Assembly (NCBI GenBank): GCA_965603825.1
Contig: CBFDEM010000016.1
Coordinates: forward strand, 124,001 to 188,000
Direction: 5' to 3'
DNA: 64,000 bases
Source: Blepharisma stoltei ATCC 30299
Lineage: Eukaryota > Protista > Ciliophora
The notes beneath the pieces are model-generated. The model saw nothing but the letters and a program-made list of their open reading frames with translations, was not told the origin of the DNA and did not search any database. The position numbers were made by a program, and so were the translations under genes. This document shows positions 24,201-34,664 of this stretch, in pieces; position 1 is the stretch's first letter; each line of letters begins with the position of its first letter.

Positions 24201-25823
24201 TTCATTAAAAGCTGCATTATTTGTGCAGTTCAGCACACATTGAGCCCAAGTAACCCCCAGGAGTTCTCCAAATGACAGTATCTCAAAATCTTTATGCTTC
24301 ATCAGTACAGAAATTAAATAATTCGCAGCATCAGCCCCTCTCCCTACAAGTCCAAGGCCATAAATTCCATTTGCAAGAGTTATAGCTGATACTTTATCAG
24401 AGTCTACTTGTACTCTTTTTGCTAATGTATCAATAAGTTCAGGATCCAGAGCATTGATTAATCCTAGTCCATAAAAAGCTTCACAGGCTCCATCACAATT
24501 TGTCTTGTTAGCTACCTCTTTCATCCTTGGTACAAGGTCTTTGGCTGCTTGTTTGCTCATCCACCAGACATTGGTGCAAGTTTTGTCAATCAATAAGTCA
24601 TGTTGTCCTTTAGGGTCTCTGTCTACTTCTACCAATTCTCCCCATACAGCAAATGGATACTCATTGGTTGGGTCTGCTCTTTCAGAGTACATAGCTTCTG
24701 CAAGTCCTTGGAAAAGTTTGCCGATGACTGACGCTGTAAGCTCATTTGGGTTAGGTATAACTGGGGTTTCTATATTTGGCGCTACAAATTGGTGGTATTT
24801 GGTACTTGCTTCAAATAAGGAGTCGACAATTGGGGATGCTAGGTGGGGATAATAGACCTTCATGAGGCGGGAAAAGGTGCCTGCAGCTCTTTTCATCATT
24901 TTGTCCATGTTGATGAAATTGGAATCGTCGTCAAGGTCATTTGGATCAAGAAGTCTTGCTTTTACAAGGGATTCCTGCAGCTCAAAAAGTTCAAGAGCGA
25001 GCTCAGGGTCTTCTTTAAGATCTGGATGATTTCTTTGTAAATCAACCAGTGAGAAATAGTGAGCTGAGACGTTCAAAACAGCAGAAGCCATATCTTTGTG
25101 CATCAGTTTTAAAGTTTCTACTTCATCTACAAGTCCTGCCAGGTTGTTTTCAAGCCTGCCGCCAGTTGGGAGTTTTTCAGGTGCTTTCCATTCCAATAAA
25201 GTTGCTATGTGCTCTTGGAATTCTTGGTTTTTCATAAACCCACTATAAATGTGGTCTTTATAAACTGTTCTTGCAGGGACATTTTGGTCATCGCTGACCT
25301 TAAAGGTTTCTATAAGCTTTTTATAAATATTTGAGTCCTTATACCCAAATTGAGCCAGCCCTTTCGCACATCTAGCTAAATGTAAAGGTGACATGTATTC
25401 TAGCCTGTTCAGCGCCAAGTCTAAGTCATTCAGGAGAGTCTTGAACTGAAATGATCCGTAAACTTCTTGGACACTCATATCATCCTTAGGGAAAATCCAC
25501 CTAGTTTCCACTCCAACTTTTCCTAGCCATTCAATGGCTTCTGTGATAAGGTCAGCTGAGTAATCTTTTCTGTGGTTCATGTAGTGGTTGAGGATATCCC
25601 TTACAGGCTCTCTTGAGGTTAGAGCTGCCATCTTAAGATTGTGCCTCCTGATGAGATCAACTTTTTCATCTTCTTCGTGCTTTTTGGCAAGCTTTGTCAT
25701 GTTGTCGCAGAACTTCAAAAATCGGAGGTTTTTGCTGAAGACTCCTTCTTCGATGTGAAGCTTGTTGTAAAGATTTTCAGAGTAGCTCAGAGAGGCGAAC
25801 CTCCTTAGTCTCCTTAAGTACAT
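21291..25823 (-). CDS. 1510-aa probable mitochondrial RNA-binding protein with helical (FAST/HPR-like) repeats and an internal RAP domain
   Basis: Arg-rich presequence MYLRRLRRFAS; KVAISFVG...GQDKLRKRHLEKVGFTQLLIP resembles RAP. Confidence 0.7.
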   Translation of the reverse strand: MYLRRLRRFASLSYSENLYNKLHIEEGVFSKNLRFLKFCDNMTKLAKKHEEDEKVDLIRRHNLKMAALTSREPVRDILNHYMNHRKDYSADLITEAIEWLGKVGVETRWIFPKDDMSVQEVYGSFQFKTLLNDLDLALNRLEYMSPLHLARCAKGLAQFGYKDSNIYKKLIETFKVSDDQNVPARTVYKDHIYSGFMKNQEFQEHIATLLEWKAPEKLPTGGRLENNLAGLVDEVETLKLMHKDMASAVLNVSAHYFSLVDLQRNHPDLKEDPELALELFELQESLVKARLLDPNDLDDDSNFINMDKMMKRAAGTFSRLMKVYYPHLASPIVDSLFEASTKYHQFVAPNIETPVIPNPNELTASVIGKLFQGLAEAMYSERADPTNEYPFAVWGELVEVDRDPKGQHDLLIDKTCTNVWWMSKQAAKDLVPRMKEVANKTNCDGACEAFYGLGLINALDPELIDTLAKRVQVDSDKVSAITLANGIYGLGLVGRGADAANYLISVLMKHKDFEILSFGELLGVTWAQCVLNCTNNAAFNEILKNFNRFEPQHLEPRLSHMLREVKNTLEIEFGWRLEETFREPIVTAFRGSDHVSFFEGEHYHPYKKTVKEAVRKYLSQGLTDKESDTIHNLLVAANPNPLYKMDDIFAVNGKKVAISFVGDDRLDGNEMCGQDKLRKRHLEKVGFTQLLIPLYLFVNTDPIAQKMSFNENADLAGLVLKTCGLKENFLAPVAELLEKLIEISGKVETSEDIKPDLVKFIEEFLGAFKLQRMSRFKTEINEYKEALEEIKIQLFKTNERYWLLTDASRDIVDQLVKETTKSPNFNLLIKDINEKIPQREEKKNYPWVGIRQGVELPTKKVMNDISDELLNQGFLWISNYYHYDDWEEILRKNFVLNLENYMKEDPYSLLTFFGGRRQAYGILPNPGKGNNLFSRQFSDEASLIASLQNLKYGIKRNLNDQQIVEKILDLKFIPSIIKEHLSEKHPKEEYLPTLLPRDPKCYIKFIEEQQNVKRKTDHFVNYFKNYHLKNEFNEEAFPQLQKSLELINENQEMSWMEKHTMKNNLICRYMNTRFALEKKTFDKDIFYHEAYKHRIGRKTDQDSLTIEGFRIRDDPDYLKFTSDEDYLEFKTCQAETNLIKMRLIYKLHNNQELSEIERQYLKKWGEALKKAKISDAGSVLVPQHSTSYCLNDMDEEDALFCMSFRNVVLKESFGHYSLNELIFELSHFFDDEIIRRIEYNIIENYRLGQWGITTDASGISRLRPLWRNKSIWLTNLELEEILWSKAGELNEEEIGHFLSIYGHMREKAFNSRQIWKIEKQSILDWLAVYNGVEGRLKYLKEWYIRKTIEREANQNIPRGKFYKPDAQLSEDYHRAKVESAKKLIKEKIGDKWENLTDGHFQMIIKTCKDKIITSDVVEDDIAMINAILFHEGLSDMDREEIETLKRLYKFDEKEENEPAEHLFVKPVPVRNVTHTNDLERSVNPNEYWKDRIEQASGNFIANLINKIKED

Positions 25824-25894
25824 ATTTTATATCCAAAAGTTTGGTTAAAATAAAAACCTGGCTGCCTTATGGCAATTTCAGAATGAGAGATGAG

Positions 25895-25924
25895 ATTGGC
25901 TATGGAGAGAAAGAGTGAATTGGC
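25895..25924 (-). promoter_or_regulatory. Paired CCAAT-box-like motifs (TAGCCAATC, CAGCCAATT)
   Basis: Two ATTGGC on the + strand, 72-101 nt upstream of the ATG at 25823; both match the NF-Y core RRCCAAT. Confidence 0.4.
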
Positions 25925-26248
25925 TGAAAATGTACTCTTATTTCTTTACAAATTGCTTAAGTAATTATTCAAATACGGTTTAAACTGCTGCAAATTACTT
26001 TTTGAGAATAAAAACTATATTTATCAAGTTTTATTACCTAATACACTTGAATGTATAATTATATTTGAAAATCTCTACACTATATCCACAAAATCGTAAT
26101 CTTAAGTATAATTTCTATTGCAAATCTTTTTGTAATTAAATTGAAATAGTTATCATTTATCATCAGATAAAGGACTTGCTTTACTAGCATTAATTAAGAT
26201 ATCAATAATAAGATGCTTTCATTAATTTAAAATATTGCTCCATAATAA

Positions 26249-26863
26249 ATGAAAATAAAATCGCCTAAACCCAGACTTTCAAAGATCCAAAAAAAATCCG
26301 TTGAGAATGACATTTCCAGGCCTTTATTTTCTGAGCTAAGTCCCTTCATTCGTGATAAAACAAATGAAGCTCTAGAGAAACACTTTAAAAAGCTGTTTTC
26401 CCATACAAAAAGATATTCCCTTATATCATCTCCAAAAAAATCCGAAGTGAGATCAGCAAGAAATTCTGAAACAAAACTTTCTCGAAATATAAAAATTCCT
26501 GAATTAAAATTAAAAAAGAGATCTACTTCATCAAGCTTAAACAAAGGTTGAGAGCTCTGCCGTTTGCTTTTCCCTTATCAGCAGCCATCTACAGATCGTA
26601 CAACTGCAACAAGTTTTTCTCAACGAAAAAGTATGAAATTAGACCTAAGCTATGAAAATTCATCATCAACTCCTTTACCACAGAGAAAAAAATCTTCTTA
26701 TCGGAATAATCCTTATTTAAAAAATATTGTTTTGGATTATCCATACACACCAACTTTGCCAAAATCAAATCGAAGACACAACTATAGTTTCTCAAAAATT
26801 GCTGAAGAAAAAAAGTGGCATGCTGAATTGTCAGATATTGAAAAAATCCTATACAAATTATAG
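26249..26863 (+). CDS. Hypothetical basic Ser-rich protein (204 aa)
   Basis: Two ORFs joined by TGA 26549; TAG stop. Confidence 0.72.
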
Positions 26864-26958
26864 AGGAGATCAGCTAATTTCTTCTTTATAGGATATTCAC
26901 AATATTTTTTGTTAAATCAAGATTTAATAATTCTTAAAAAATTCCATAAATTATTTGT

Positions 26959-28056
26959 TTAATATTTGCTATTAAATAACTGGACGTTTTTGATCTCTAA
27001 TACCATCATTTTTCTTAAAAATCTTATTTGATTTTGGCAAAAATCCAGGTCTCTTCTGTTTGCTAAACAAGTAAGCGTTTTCAGCATAAAAACCCCAGAA
27101 TCATAAGGAAAAGTTTGTTCTGGGACTTTCATTTCATTCCAATCATACGGCTCATTTTCTCCATTCTGAATAACACACACAAATTTTTCTAAAATAGAGC
27201 ACACATAATCAAAATTCGCATCTCCCATGCTATCAAAATAATCAATACTTTTATAATCATTATTTATCAAAGCTGCCACCCAATGATTATTCTTAAGCAA
27301 AACTGGAAAAATAAGCTGATCTGCATATATATTGTCTCCAATAGTTCGTTTTAAATGCGCAATTAGTCTATCAGAATCCCATTCATTCCTCATTTCCATA
27401 TCTTCTAGCATCGAAAACATTTTGTGATCAAAAATAACCATTGAGTCTGGAGTATCTATTAAGCCTACATAAAAATCAATAACTTTTTCATTCACATGGG
27501 ATTGCGGTTTCAAGGTCTTTATATCGCTATAAGTCACAGCTTGCAAATGATTTTGGCTAAAGATTTCTTTGTTTTTAAAGCAATTAAAAATCCTTTCGAC
27601 TTCTATCATTTCTTCAAAAGTCAAGGCATGCTTCGGATTTTTGAGTTTATGGCTGGAATCTGAGTCGTCTGTGCTGTTGATAGTTTTATTTGATAGTTTT
27701 TCTGAGCTTGCACTTTTAGAATGCTCAATTAGGTGGCCAACGATAATATTGGCCACACTCTTCATTGTTTTTACTTTTTCTTTTAATTGGAGAGGAGAGT
27801 TTTCTTCTTCTTTTGTAACGACAGATCTGTAGAGCTCATGAGGATCTTGAATATTTGATACCCAGTGAGTGGGCTGAGAATCTTCATTGGATGCATTTTG
27901 TGTATAAGACTCAATTTCTGAATTTTTCCTCAGGTGTAAATCGATATCAACTTTTTTCCTTTTTAGGTTGATAAGCTTATCGTCACTGCTTGATCTGCTT
28001 CTTTTCATTGATATGAAGTTTAGGACATGTGCAAGCGAATTCTTAAGGATATCCAT
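26959..28056 (-). CDS. Ulp1/SENP (peptidase C48) family protein with Ser at the catalytic Cys position
   Basis: DIKTL...VNEKVIDFY, NNHWVA, YFDSMG, PEQ...YDSGVFM. Confidence 0.88.
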   Translation of the reverse strand: MDILKNSLAHVLNFISMKRSRSSSDDKLINLKRKKVDIDLHLRKNSEIESYTQNASNEDSQPTHWVSNIQDPHELYRSVVTKEEENSPLQLKEKVKTMKSVANIIVGHLIEHSKSASSEKLSNKTINSTDDSDSSHKLKNPKHALTFEEMIEVERIFNCFKNKEIFSQNHLQAVTYSDIKTLKPQSHVNEKVIDFYVGLIDTPDSMVIFDHKMFSMLEDMEMRNEWDSDRLIAHLKRTIGDNIYADQLIFPVLLKNNHWVAALINNDYKSIDYFDSMGDANFDYVCSILEKFVCVIQNGENEPYDWNEMKVPEQTFPYDSGVFMLKTLTCLANRRDLDFCQNQIRFLRKMMVLEIKNVQLFNSKY

Positions 28057-28258
28057 ATTCCAAAAATGTATTTAACATTATGATAAAGTTATTTTTAACT
28101 ATTGCGAAGACTCTATTACAATTCGAGAATAATTAATACTTACATCAAGAAATCTAGGCTTAAAAATAATTTTTTAATGCTATATAAGCCATTGATAATA
28201 TTAAAAAAATAGAAAGAGATATAGCTCAAATTAATGAATTTTAGTATAAATAAAACGA

Positions 28259-30553
28259 TTATTTTTTATATTGATTTATATTCCCAAGCGCAATCCTACC
28301 CATTTTATTTTGGAGATCTGGAGGAGGATTTTGGATTTCTTTGTAAGCTTCAATTAATATATCGTATTTCTTTTGGTGCTTTAATAAAGATATGCTTTCA
28401 TAAATTCCTCTAAAACTGTTTATTTTAGCAGAATCATTTGGAAAACCTCTCATTCCATCAATTCAGTTCTTTGCAAATTCACTTAAAATAGTAGACAAAG
28501 CATTCGGATTCGAGAGCCCAAGCATTCCAATCGATAAATAAATTGAGCTTCTAAGCTTTTGGCTACAGTTATTTAATCTAGCTGCCAGCATCATTCTTTC
28601 AGCGATTTCTGGTACTAGCTTGCTTGTTTCCTCAGGATATTTAATAGAAAAATTCCCTAAGGCTTCAGAGGCTATTGCTATGGTTTTTAAAGAATTTCTT
28701 CTCACATCAAGCATCTCCAATAATTTATATATAAACTTAGATGATATAGAGTCAAATTCATTAGTAAATCCAAGCAAGTTTATCATGAATTTTAAGCAGT
28801 TTTCAAGCACAATATTATCTCGAGAATTCAAGCAAAATTCCAATGTAGGGACAAGCGAGTAGCTTTTTGGCTTTAAGACATTTGATTTCAGAATTTCTAT
28901 AATTAAATATAAGCAAGTGTTGAAAAGCTCAGGATTCCTTCTGGAAACTGATACTTCAATAACTCTCTGAGCTTTTGTCAAAACGCTTTTTAAGTATTTT
29001 CTCAAGCCTTCAGATGAAGCTTTTATTATTGCTATCATCAAATTAAATGCAATGGCTAATGCTGGATTATCATCTTGGATACCTCTTAGAGAATCGAATA
29101 AAACTGCGAAAATGGAAATTCTGCTATTACTGTTATCCAAAAGCTCATTATAGCTTATAACTAATTCATACAAAGGCTCTAGGATTTTATCAAGGCTGTT
29201 TTTGTCTCATTCTTCCAGTGGTGCTAAAAGCTGAATTGCACACTCTCTCGAAAATTCATTTACTTCCTCAGGCTTCGTTTTTATTATTTCCAATAGTGCA
29301 GAACAAGCTATGACCCCTATTTCTTTATCATTTCCATTTATAAGATTTAAAAGCCTTCAAATATAATTTTTAAATTGTGCACTTTGAATAATTTCATTTG
29401 GATACACAGATATCATAGAAATGACTGTACTAATCAATTGTTTTTTATCGTGCTGCAAAAATCTCATGATATATGATATATTATTCCTTACATAATTATG
29501 GATTTCATTTCCAGAGTTAGATAAACATGCCAAAGCTTTTATGGCTGCTTCTGCTTTTATTCAGTTTTCATTGTGGATTTTGCTGTCTATAAATTCTTGT
29601 AGTGCAGTAAAGCAAGGCTCTTTAAAATGAGGTGCGAGTAATTCAAGCAGCTCAATGCTGCAATTTCTTATAATTTCAGAGCTAGGAGAGCTGTCTATAA
29701 TCAAGTTGCTTATAGAAGCTTCTAAGAGACTTAAAAGAGAAGGATAAATAGGAATTTTTGCAATAATACAGAATTTCCAAAACTCACAGCAAATTTTTAG
29801 CTTACTTCTTAAGCCTTTTATCATTAATTTAGAGCAATCTTGAATTCTGGCTGATATTAGGTTTTTGTGTCCTGCTCCAATAGTTAAAAATCCACTTGCA
29901 ATTGCTTCTAAAGTCTGGTCTAGTTCAGAGTTATTTAATTTCAATAGGGCATCTAAATAAGAAATTATATAAGAATCAACGACTTGCAAATTGAGTGCAA
30001 TTAAATTGTTCATACAATAAATTGCATTTACCTGTTCTCTTTGTGTTTGAGATATCAATTTTTGAGAAATATTTCTTAAAGCCTCAGTGCTGGTATTTAA
30101 CTCTACCTTTTTTGAGCTTGCTTTATTTAAAATCAAAGTCAATGCTCGAATAGCAGCATTCGAATCAAGGCTGTTGCTAAGCAGCTCAATTATTTGTGGA
30201 CAGGTGTCTTGAGTGTTATACAAAATATTCGCTAATTCTATCATATATGATGATACCTCGGGATCATCTAAATACATTACGATATTTTGCTGCATAAATA
30301 TCATGCATTCTGCAGAAATCTCTCTTTTTAGTTTCAAGCTTGATATTATATAATCATTTATGAGATTTCTAAGTGTAGGCTGTAAAGATATGTTTCTTGA
30401 CATAAACATTAAATAGCATGACAAGTAGGGGTCATCTTTATATTTGTCTAAGCAGACCCAAAAGTTTTGGTTGGGCTTTCGTCTTTTGTTTTTGGATGCG
30501 TCTAAAAGAGCTTTAGTAATTCCTTGCAAAGTAGGCATATGAGGCTGCCACAT
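28259..30553 (-). CDS. Divergent transportin-1/karyopherin-beta2-like HEAT-repeat protein (764 aa)
   Basis: Single frame with four TGA=Trp. MWQP start, IRNCSIELLELLA, W-IKAEAAI, FLQHDKKQLI and FAKN-W...KINSFRGI align by eye with transportin motifs. Confidence 0.72.
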
Positions 30554-30833
30554 AATATATGTTAACTTATTTATAAAGAGGATTTAAATTAGCAGTTGAA
30601 ATAATGAAATGATTCAAATATTTATTGATGATAGCTGAAATGAGTATTTCTTTGTCTGATCTCTCTTTTTGCAGCCCAACTCATTTTAGGGAAAATTATC
30701 TTTAATTGATCCTATTAATTATAAAGGCTATTATTTAGTTTCTCAGGATTTTTGATTCCATATATAAATATTCACATAAATAGTACAATAACTTACATTA
30801 TTCAAAAAGACATTAATTGATATATCGTCACTA

Positions 30834-31475
30834 TTAAATATTTTTTAAAAGAATGTCTATGAAAGCTCTATAAAAATCTGATCTCCTCCCTAATCCCAAA
30901 TTTACCATTGAAGTTGGAATACTCCCTTTTGGATCAGCAAGACCAACTGTTGTAAGATGTGTTTTTTCTTTATTTCCACTTAAAGGCTCAAAAATATGCA
31001 GCCCATATTTTACATCACATCTTACAGCATTTTCAGCAGTTTCTACCCCATCATAATTAATAGAAGTATCTACAAACCCACAAGTATTTTCATCAAACTG
31101 CAATTTCTTACAAAAAATCACCGCTTCTCTATCAGAAATCCCAGGAAAAGGCACATGAATTAAATCATACATAACTTTTCCAGTCCCATTCGAAAAACTT
31201 CTAACCATTTCAGACCTCAGAACAATTTCTCTATTTAGCTCATAATGCGATTTTTGTAAATTTTCATAAAAATAATCACAGACTTTATTAGGAGGCCTAT
31301 CAATATATGCTTCAATTTTTATCTTGTCTAGGCCATATTCAGTCGGTTTTCTAAACGTATAAAGGTCAGCCCAATCTTTAATAGGTTCCCATCCTGATAT
31401 ATCGGACAGCTCATTCATTGCTTCAGTATATGCTGCTTCTAGCTTCTCTAAAACCTCTGGGCTTTCTTCTTCCAT
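30834..31475 (-). CDS. START/SRPBCC lipid-transfer domain protein
   Basis: GW, PGISDREAV, VRC and ADPKGSIPTSMVN motifs. Confidence 0.88.
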   Translation of the reverse strand: MEEESPEVLEKLEAAYTEAMNELSDISGWEPIKDWADLYTFRKPTEYGLDKIKIEAYIDRPPNKVCDYFYENLQKSHYELNREIVLRSEMVRSFSNGTGKVMYDLIHVPFPGISDREAVIFCKKLQFDENTCGFVDTSINYDGVETAENAVRCDVKYGLHIFEPLSGNKEKTHLTTVGLADPKGSIPTSMVNLGLGRRSDFYRAFIDILLKNI

Positions 31476-31488
31476 TTTAATAAAGTTA

Positions 31489-32106
31489 TTACCTAGTTAA
31501 AATCTCAGGACATGTCCAGCTAAATTCAACTTTTTCTGGGACTCCATTCTTTAGCTCAATTCCTACAATTGAGGCATTTGATACAGCATCTGTATGCCCA
31601 AGAGGAATAGTCAATGTACATATAAGCCCTCCATGGGAAACACAAAGGTAAACGCCATCTTCAGCTAATTTTTCTTTAAAAAATTTAACTGCACGGTTTT
31701 TTACCATCACCCAGCTTTCTCCATTTGGGGCTTGATAGGTAGGACTGTTTACTGTAGCTTGAAGCTCTGGCATTGTATCAAAATGCTCCCCTTCGTGGTC
31801 TCCAAAGTAACATTCTCTCAGCCTTTCGTCAATTCGAAAAGGGTATGAATAAAGAGTGGCAAATAAAGTTGTGTCTATGCATCTTTTTAAATCTGAAGAA
31901 TAAATCCCTTTGAATTGTGAGTAAAAAGGGTGGAGCCCTTGATATAATAAGTTTGCTTGGCGCTTGCCGTAGTCACTGAGCTTGCTGTCAGTCCAGCCTG
32001 CTAAAGTACCTGCTAAGTTGCAAACACTCTCAGCATGCCTTAGCATGATCACTCTTGTACCTGGCTTGAGAAATGCTTGGGATAAATGCTGACTGAGCAA
32101 TTCCAT
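31489..32106 (-). CDS. Histidine phosphatase (phosphoglycerate mutase family)
   Basis: LRHAES, SSDLKRC, LRECYFGDHEG, GES and VSHGG motifs. Confidence 0.92.
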   Translation of the reverse strand: MELLSQHLSQAFLKPGTRVIMLRHAESVCNLAGTLAGWTDSKLSDYGKRQANLLYQGLHPFYSQFKGIYSSDLKRCIDTTLFATLYSYPFRIDERLRECYFGDHEGEHFDTMPELQATVNSPTYQAPNGESWVMVKNRAVKFFKEKLAEDGVYLCVSHGGLICTLTIPLGHTDAVSNASIVGIELKNGVPEKVEFSWTCPEILTR

Positions 32107-32185
32107 TTAATATTGTGAAATTGATATAAAAGAATTTAGTTATTTAAAGATATCCGTTGATATTAATGCTTAATTCTTATAATAT

Positions 32186-32992
32186 ATGGCTTTTGTGATT
32201 TATTTATTGCTTTCAGTCTGCTTAATATCTGCCCAGGAGAGTATCATTATTCATGGGTACAAAATTGTCAACACTTTTCCACATTCTAGCCAAGATTTTA
32301 CGTAAGTCTTATGCAGCCAAGGATTTCTTATCAAAGGAAGCTCTATTTATCAATCAACAGGGTTATATGGAAAAAGCGAGCTTCAGCAGCTTGATTTACT
32401 TGACAATTCAAAAATCAAGTCAAAACCTCTTACTAGCAACTACTTTGGGGAAGGCTTAACAGACTTAAATAGCAAGCTTTATCAGTTGACTTGGAAAGAA
32501 AGCAATATGATGGTTTACGACATAGAGACTTTTAATCTTATAGAAACAGTTCAATATCCTGACATTCTTAAAGAAGGCTGGGGAATCTGCTCAGATGGGT
32601 CTTATCTTTATATATCAGATGGATCAAATAAAATTTATGTGATGGACCCTGAAGATTATTCAATTATTAGAACTATTTTTGTCACTTCTTTAGGTAACAG
32701 AATAGCAAAAATCAATGAGCTTGAATGGATTGATGGAGAAATCTGGGGAAATATTTGGTATGAGCATTATATTATAAGGATTGATCCAAGCACTGGAAAT
32801 GTTAATTCTTGGGTAAACTTAAATGGAATAGATCAAGTTGGGGAATATAATTCGTGGAATGGAGGAGATGTATTGAATGGCATTGCGTATAATACTGGAA
32901 ATATTTATGTTACTGGGAAGAGATGGAATCATATATATCAGATAGAGCTAGAAGGTACAACTATATCTTATGAGATCCCTATACATTTTTAG
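32186..32992 (+). CDS. Type-I (plant/bacterial-type) glutaminyl cyclase with signal peptide; one 15-nt intron
   Basis: FPH...FTQG (formed by splicing), STGLYG, FGEGLT, LTWK, EGWG, SDGS, NELE, NIW, VLNGIA and VTGKRW. Confidence 0.93.
32302..32316 (+). other. 15-nt intron GTAAGTCTTATGCAG (phase 2)
   Basis: Removal restores the conserved FTQG motif. Confidence 0.95.
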
Positions 32993-33081
32993 TAAAATCT
33001 ATGTTAATAAACATCGTTAATCAGTAAATATTATGAAGTAAAATTGATACAGATTAAAAGACCGTTATATTAATTTCACGC

Positions 33082-34503
33082 TTAATAGCGATTCAAGTCA
33101 TACTCTGAAACTCCAAATGGGCTTTCAGATCTCGATATAATTGACAAATTCAATGGTGAAATCGGTCTTTCATTAGGTGACGCTCTACTAATATCTAATT
33201 TTGTCCTCAAATTTGACTTGCTCCTAGAAGTGCTATAAATCCCTTCTCTTTTAATAGTCTCACTCAGTTCATTTTCTGCCGCTAATTTGCTTTTCGCTTT
33301 CAGTAGTTTCCCAATTAAAAACTTGATTTCATTCTTCAAAGCCTGCTCATTTTCGTTTCTTTTCTGGTCAATTGAAGCTTTATCAAGCTTATTCTGCTTA
33401 AGCTCCAGCATAATTCTATCAAGCTCTAACTGAATCCTTTCTTTTTGCAATAAAATTTTTTCGATCTGCATTTTAAGGTCTTTAATTTCTTTATCTTTTT
33501 TTTCGCAAAGGGTTTCTGCTAATGATAAATGTTCATAAAGCTGCTGTGTGTTCATGGATTCATATCTTCCATAAGATTTATTCAGTCTTGGGGTGAGTTC
33601 TTTTGAGCTTTTAAAGGGCCGATCTTCAACGACTCCTTTTACTCTTCATTCATTGATTTCTGGGAGAGTCCCTGAGAGCTCGTTTTCAGTTTGTGTAAGG
33701 TTGATTCTGAATGATTTTTCAGTTTCTTGCATTCGATGGATAGGAGAGCTCCGAGTGCTTCTATATTTGTCGAGTTCTACTTCAAGCTCATCAATTTTTT
33801 TGACCATGCCTTCTACTTCTTCGTTTTGGTATCTGTCCATTTTTCCACTTTGTTGTCGAAGTTTGGCTTGGAGATTTTTGATTTGGGCTCTTAAAGCTTC
33901 ATTTTCTTTGTTAAAAAGAGTTTTCAGTTCAAGGATAGCGGCATCTGCTTCTTGTCTGACAGTTAAAATTTCGTTTCTGGATTCTTCTTTAAGGATGTCA
34001 GCTTCTCTTCTGACATCTTGCATTTTCAATTCAGTTTTCAATTTATAGAGCTCGTGGCCGTGGTTTTTATCATCTTGGTTTACTTTTGAAGACTGTTCTA
34101 AGGAAAGCTTATCAGCTTCCAATTTCTGTATTCTTGACAACAAATCAAATTTTTCAGATTCAAAAATTACTTTTTGGTGCTTTAAGTCTAGCTGAAGTTC
34201 TTTCACTGACAAACTAAGCTCGTTATTCTGCTTTTCAAGACTGTTTATTTGTTCCTTATGCCTAGCTTTGGTTTGTTGAATATCTTTCATAAGCTGTTCG
34301 TTAGATTTTTGAAGTTCTTCAATTGTGTGATCCTAACTAGATTTTACTTTAATAGGGTTTGGATCATTTACAGTCATAGCTTGTAGTAGAGATTCGTTTA
34401 CTTTTTTTAGGTTTTGTTCTCGTTTTTTGGCATCGTCAAGCTCTATTTGAAGAAACTCAAGACGCTGAAGAAGCAAAGCTTCTTGAATTCCATTAGATGA
34501 CAT
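33082..34503 (-). CDS. Long coiled-coil protein (468 aa); one 15-nt intron
   Basis: ATG 34503, intron 34333-34347, TGA=Trp at 33646, TAA 33082. Confidence 0.82.
34333..34347 (-). other. 15-nt intron GTAAAATCTAGTTAG (phase 0)
   Basis: Consensus match; removes an in-frame TAG. Confidence 0.9.
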
Positions 34504-34664
34504 TTTTAGTTTGATAACGATGCTGATTTATTAAAAATTCTTTTCTTTAGGTATTATGATTTAGGGTATTTTAGTATTTTTATATACTGCTTGGTTTAGC
34601 TAAATTATAAATCTAATAATTAATGAAAGACATTGATTGTAAGCTTTCTTTCTAAGTCCTTAGG

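Noticed and set aside
31469-31492. 24-nt GT-AG intron fusing the phosphatase and START genes
   Set aside because: Wrong length for this genome, and the join would be out of frame.
32348-32362. YQSTG instead of ESTG in glutaminyl cyclase as a sign of inactivation
   Set aside because: The catalytic Glu of type-I QCs lies in FGEG, which is intact along with the other active-site motifs.
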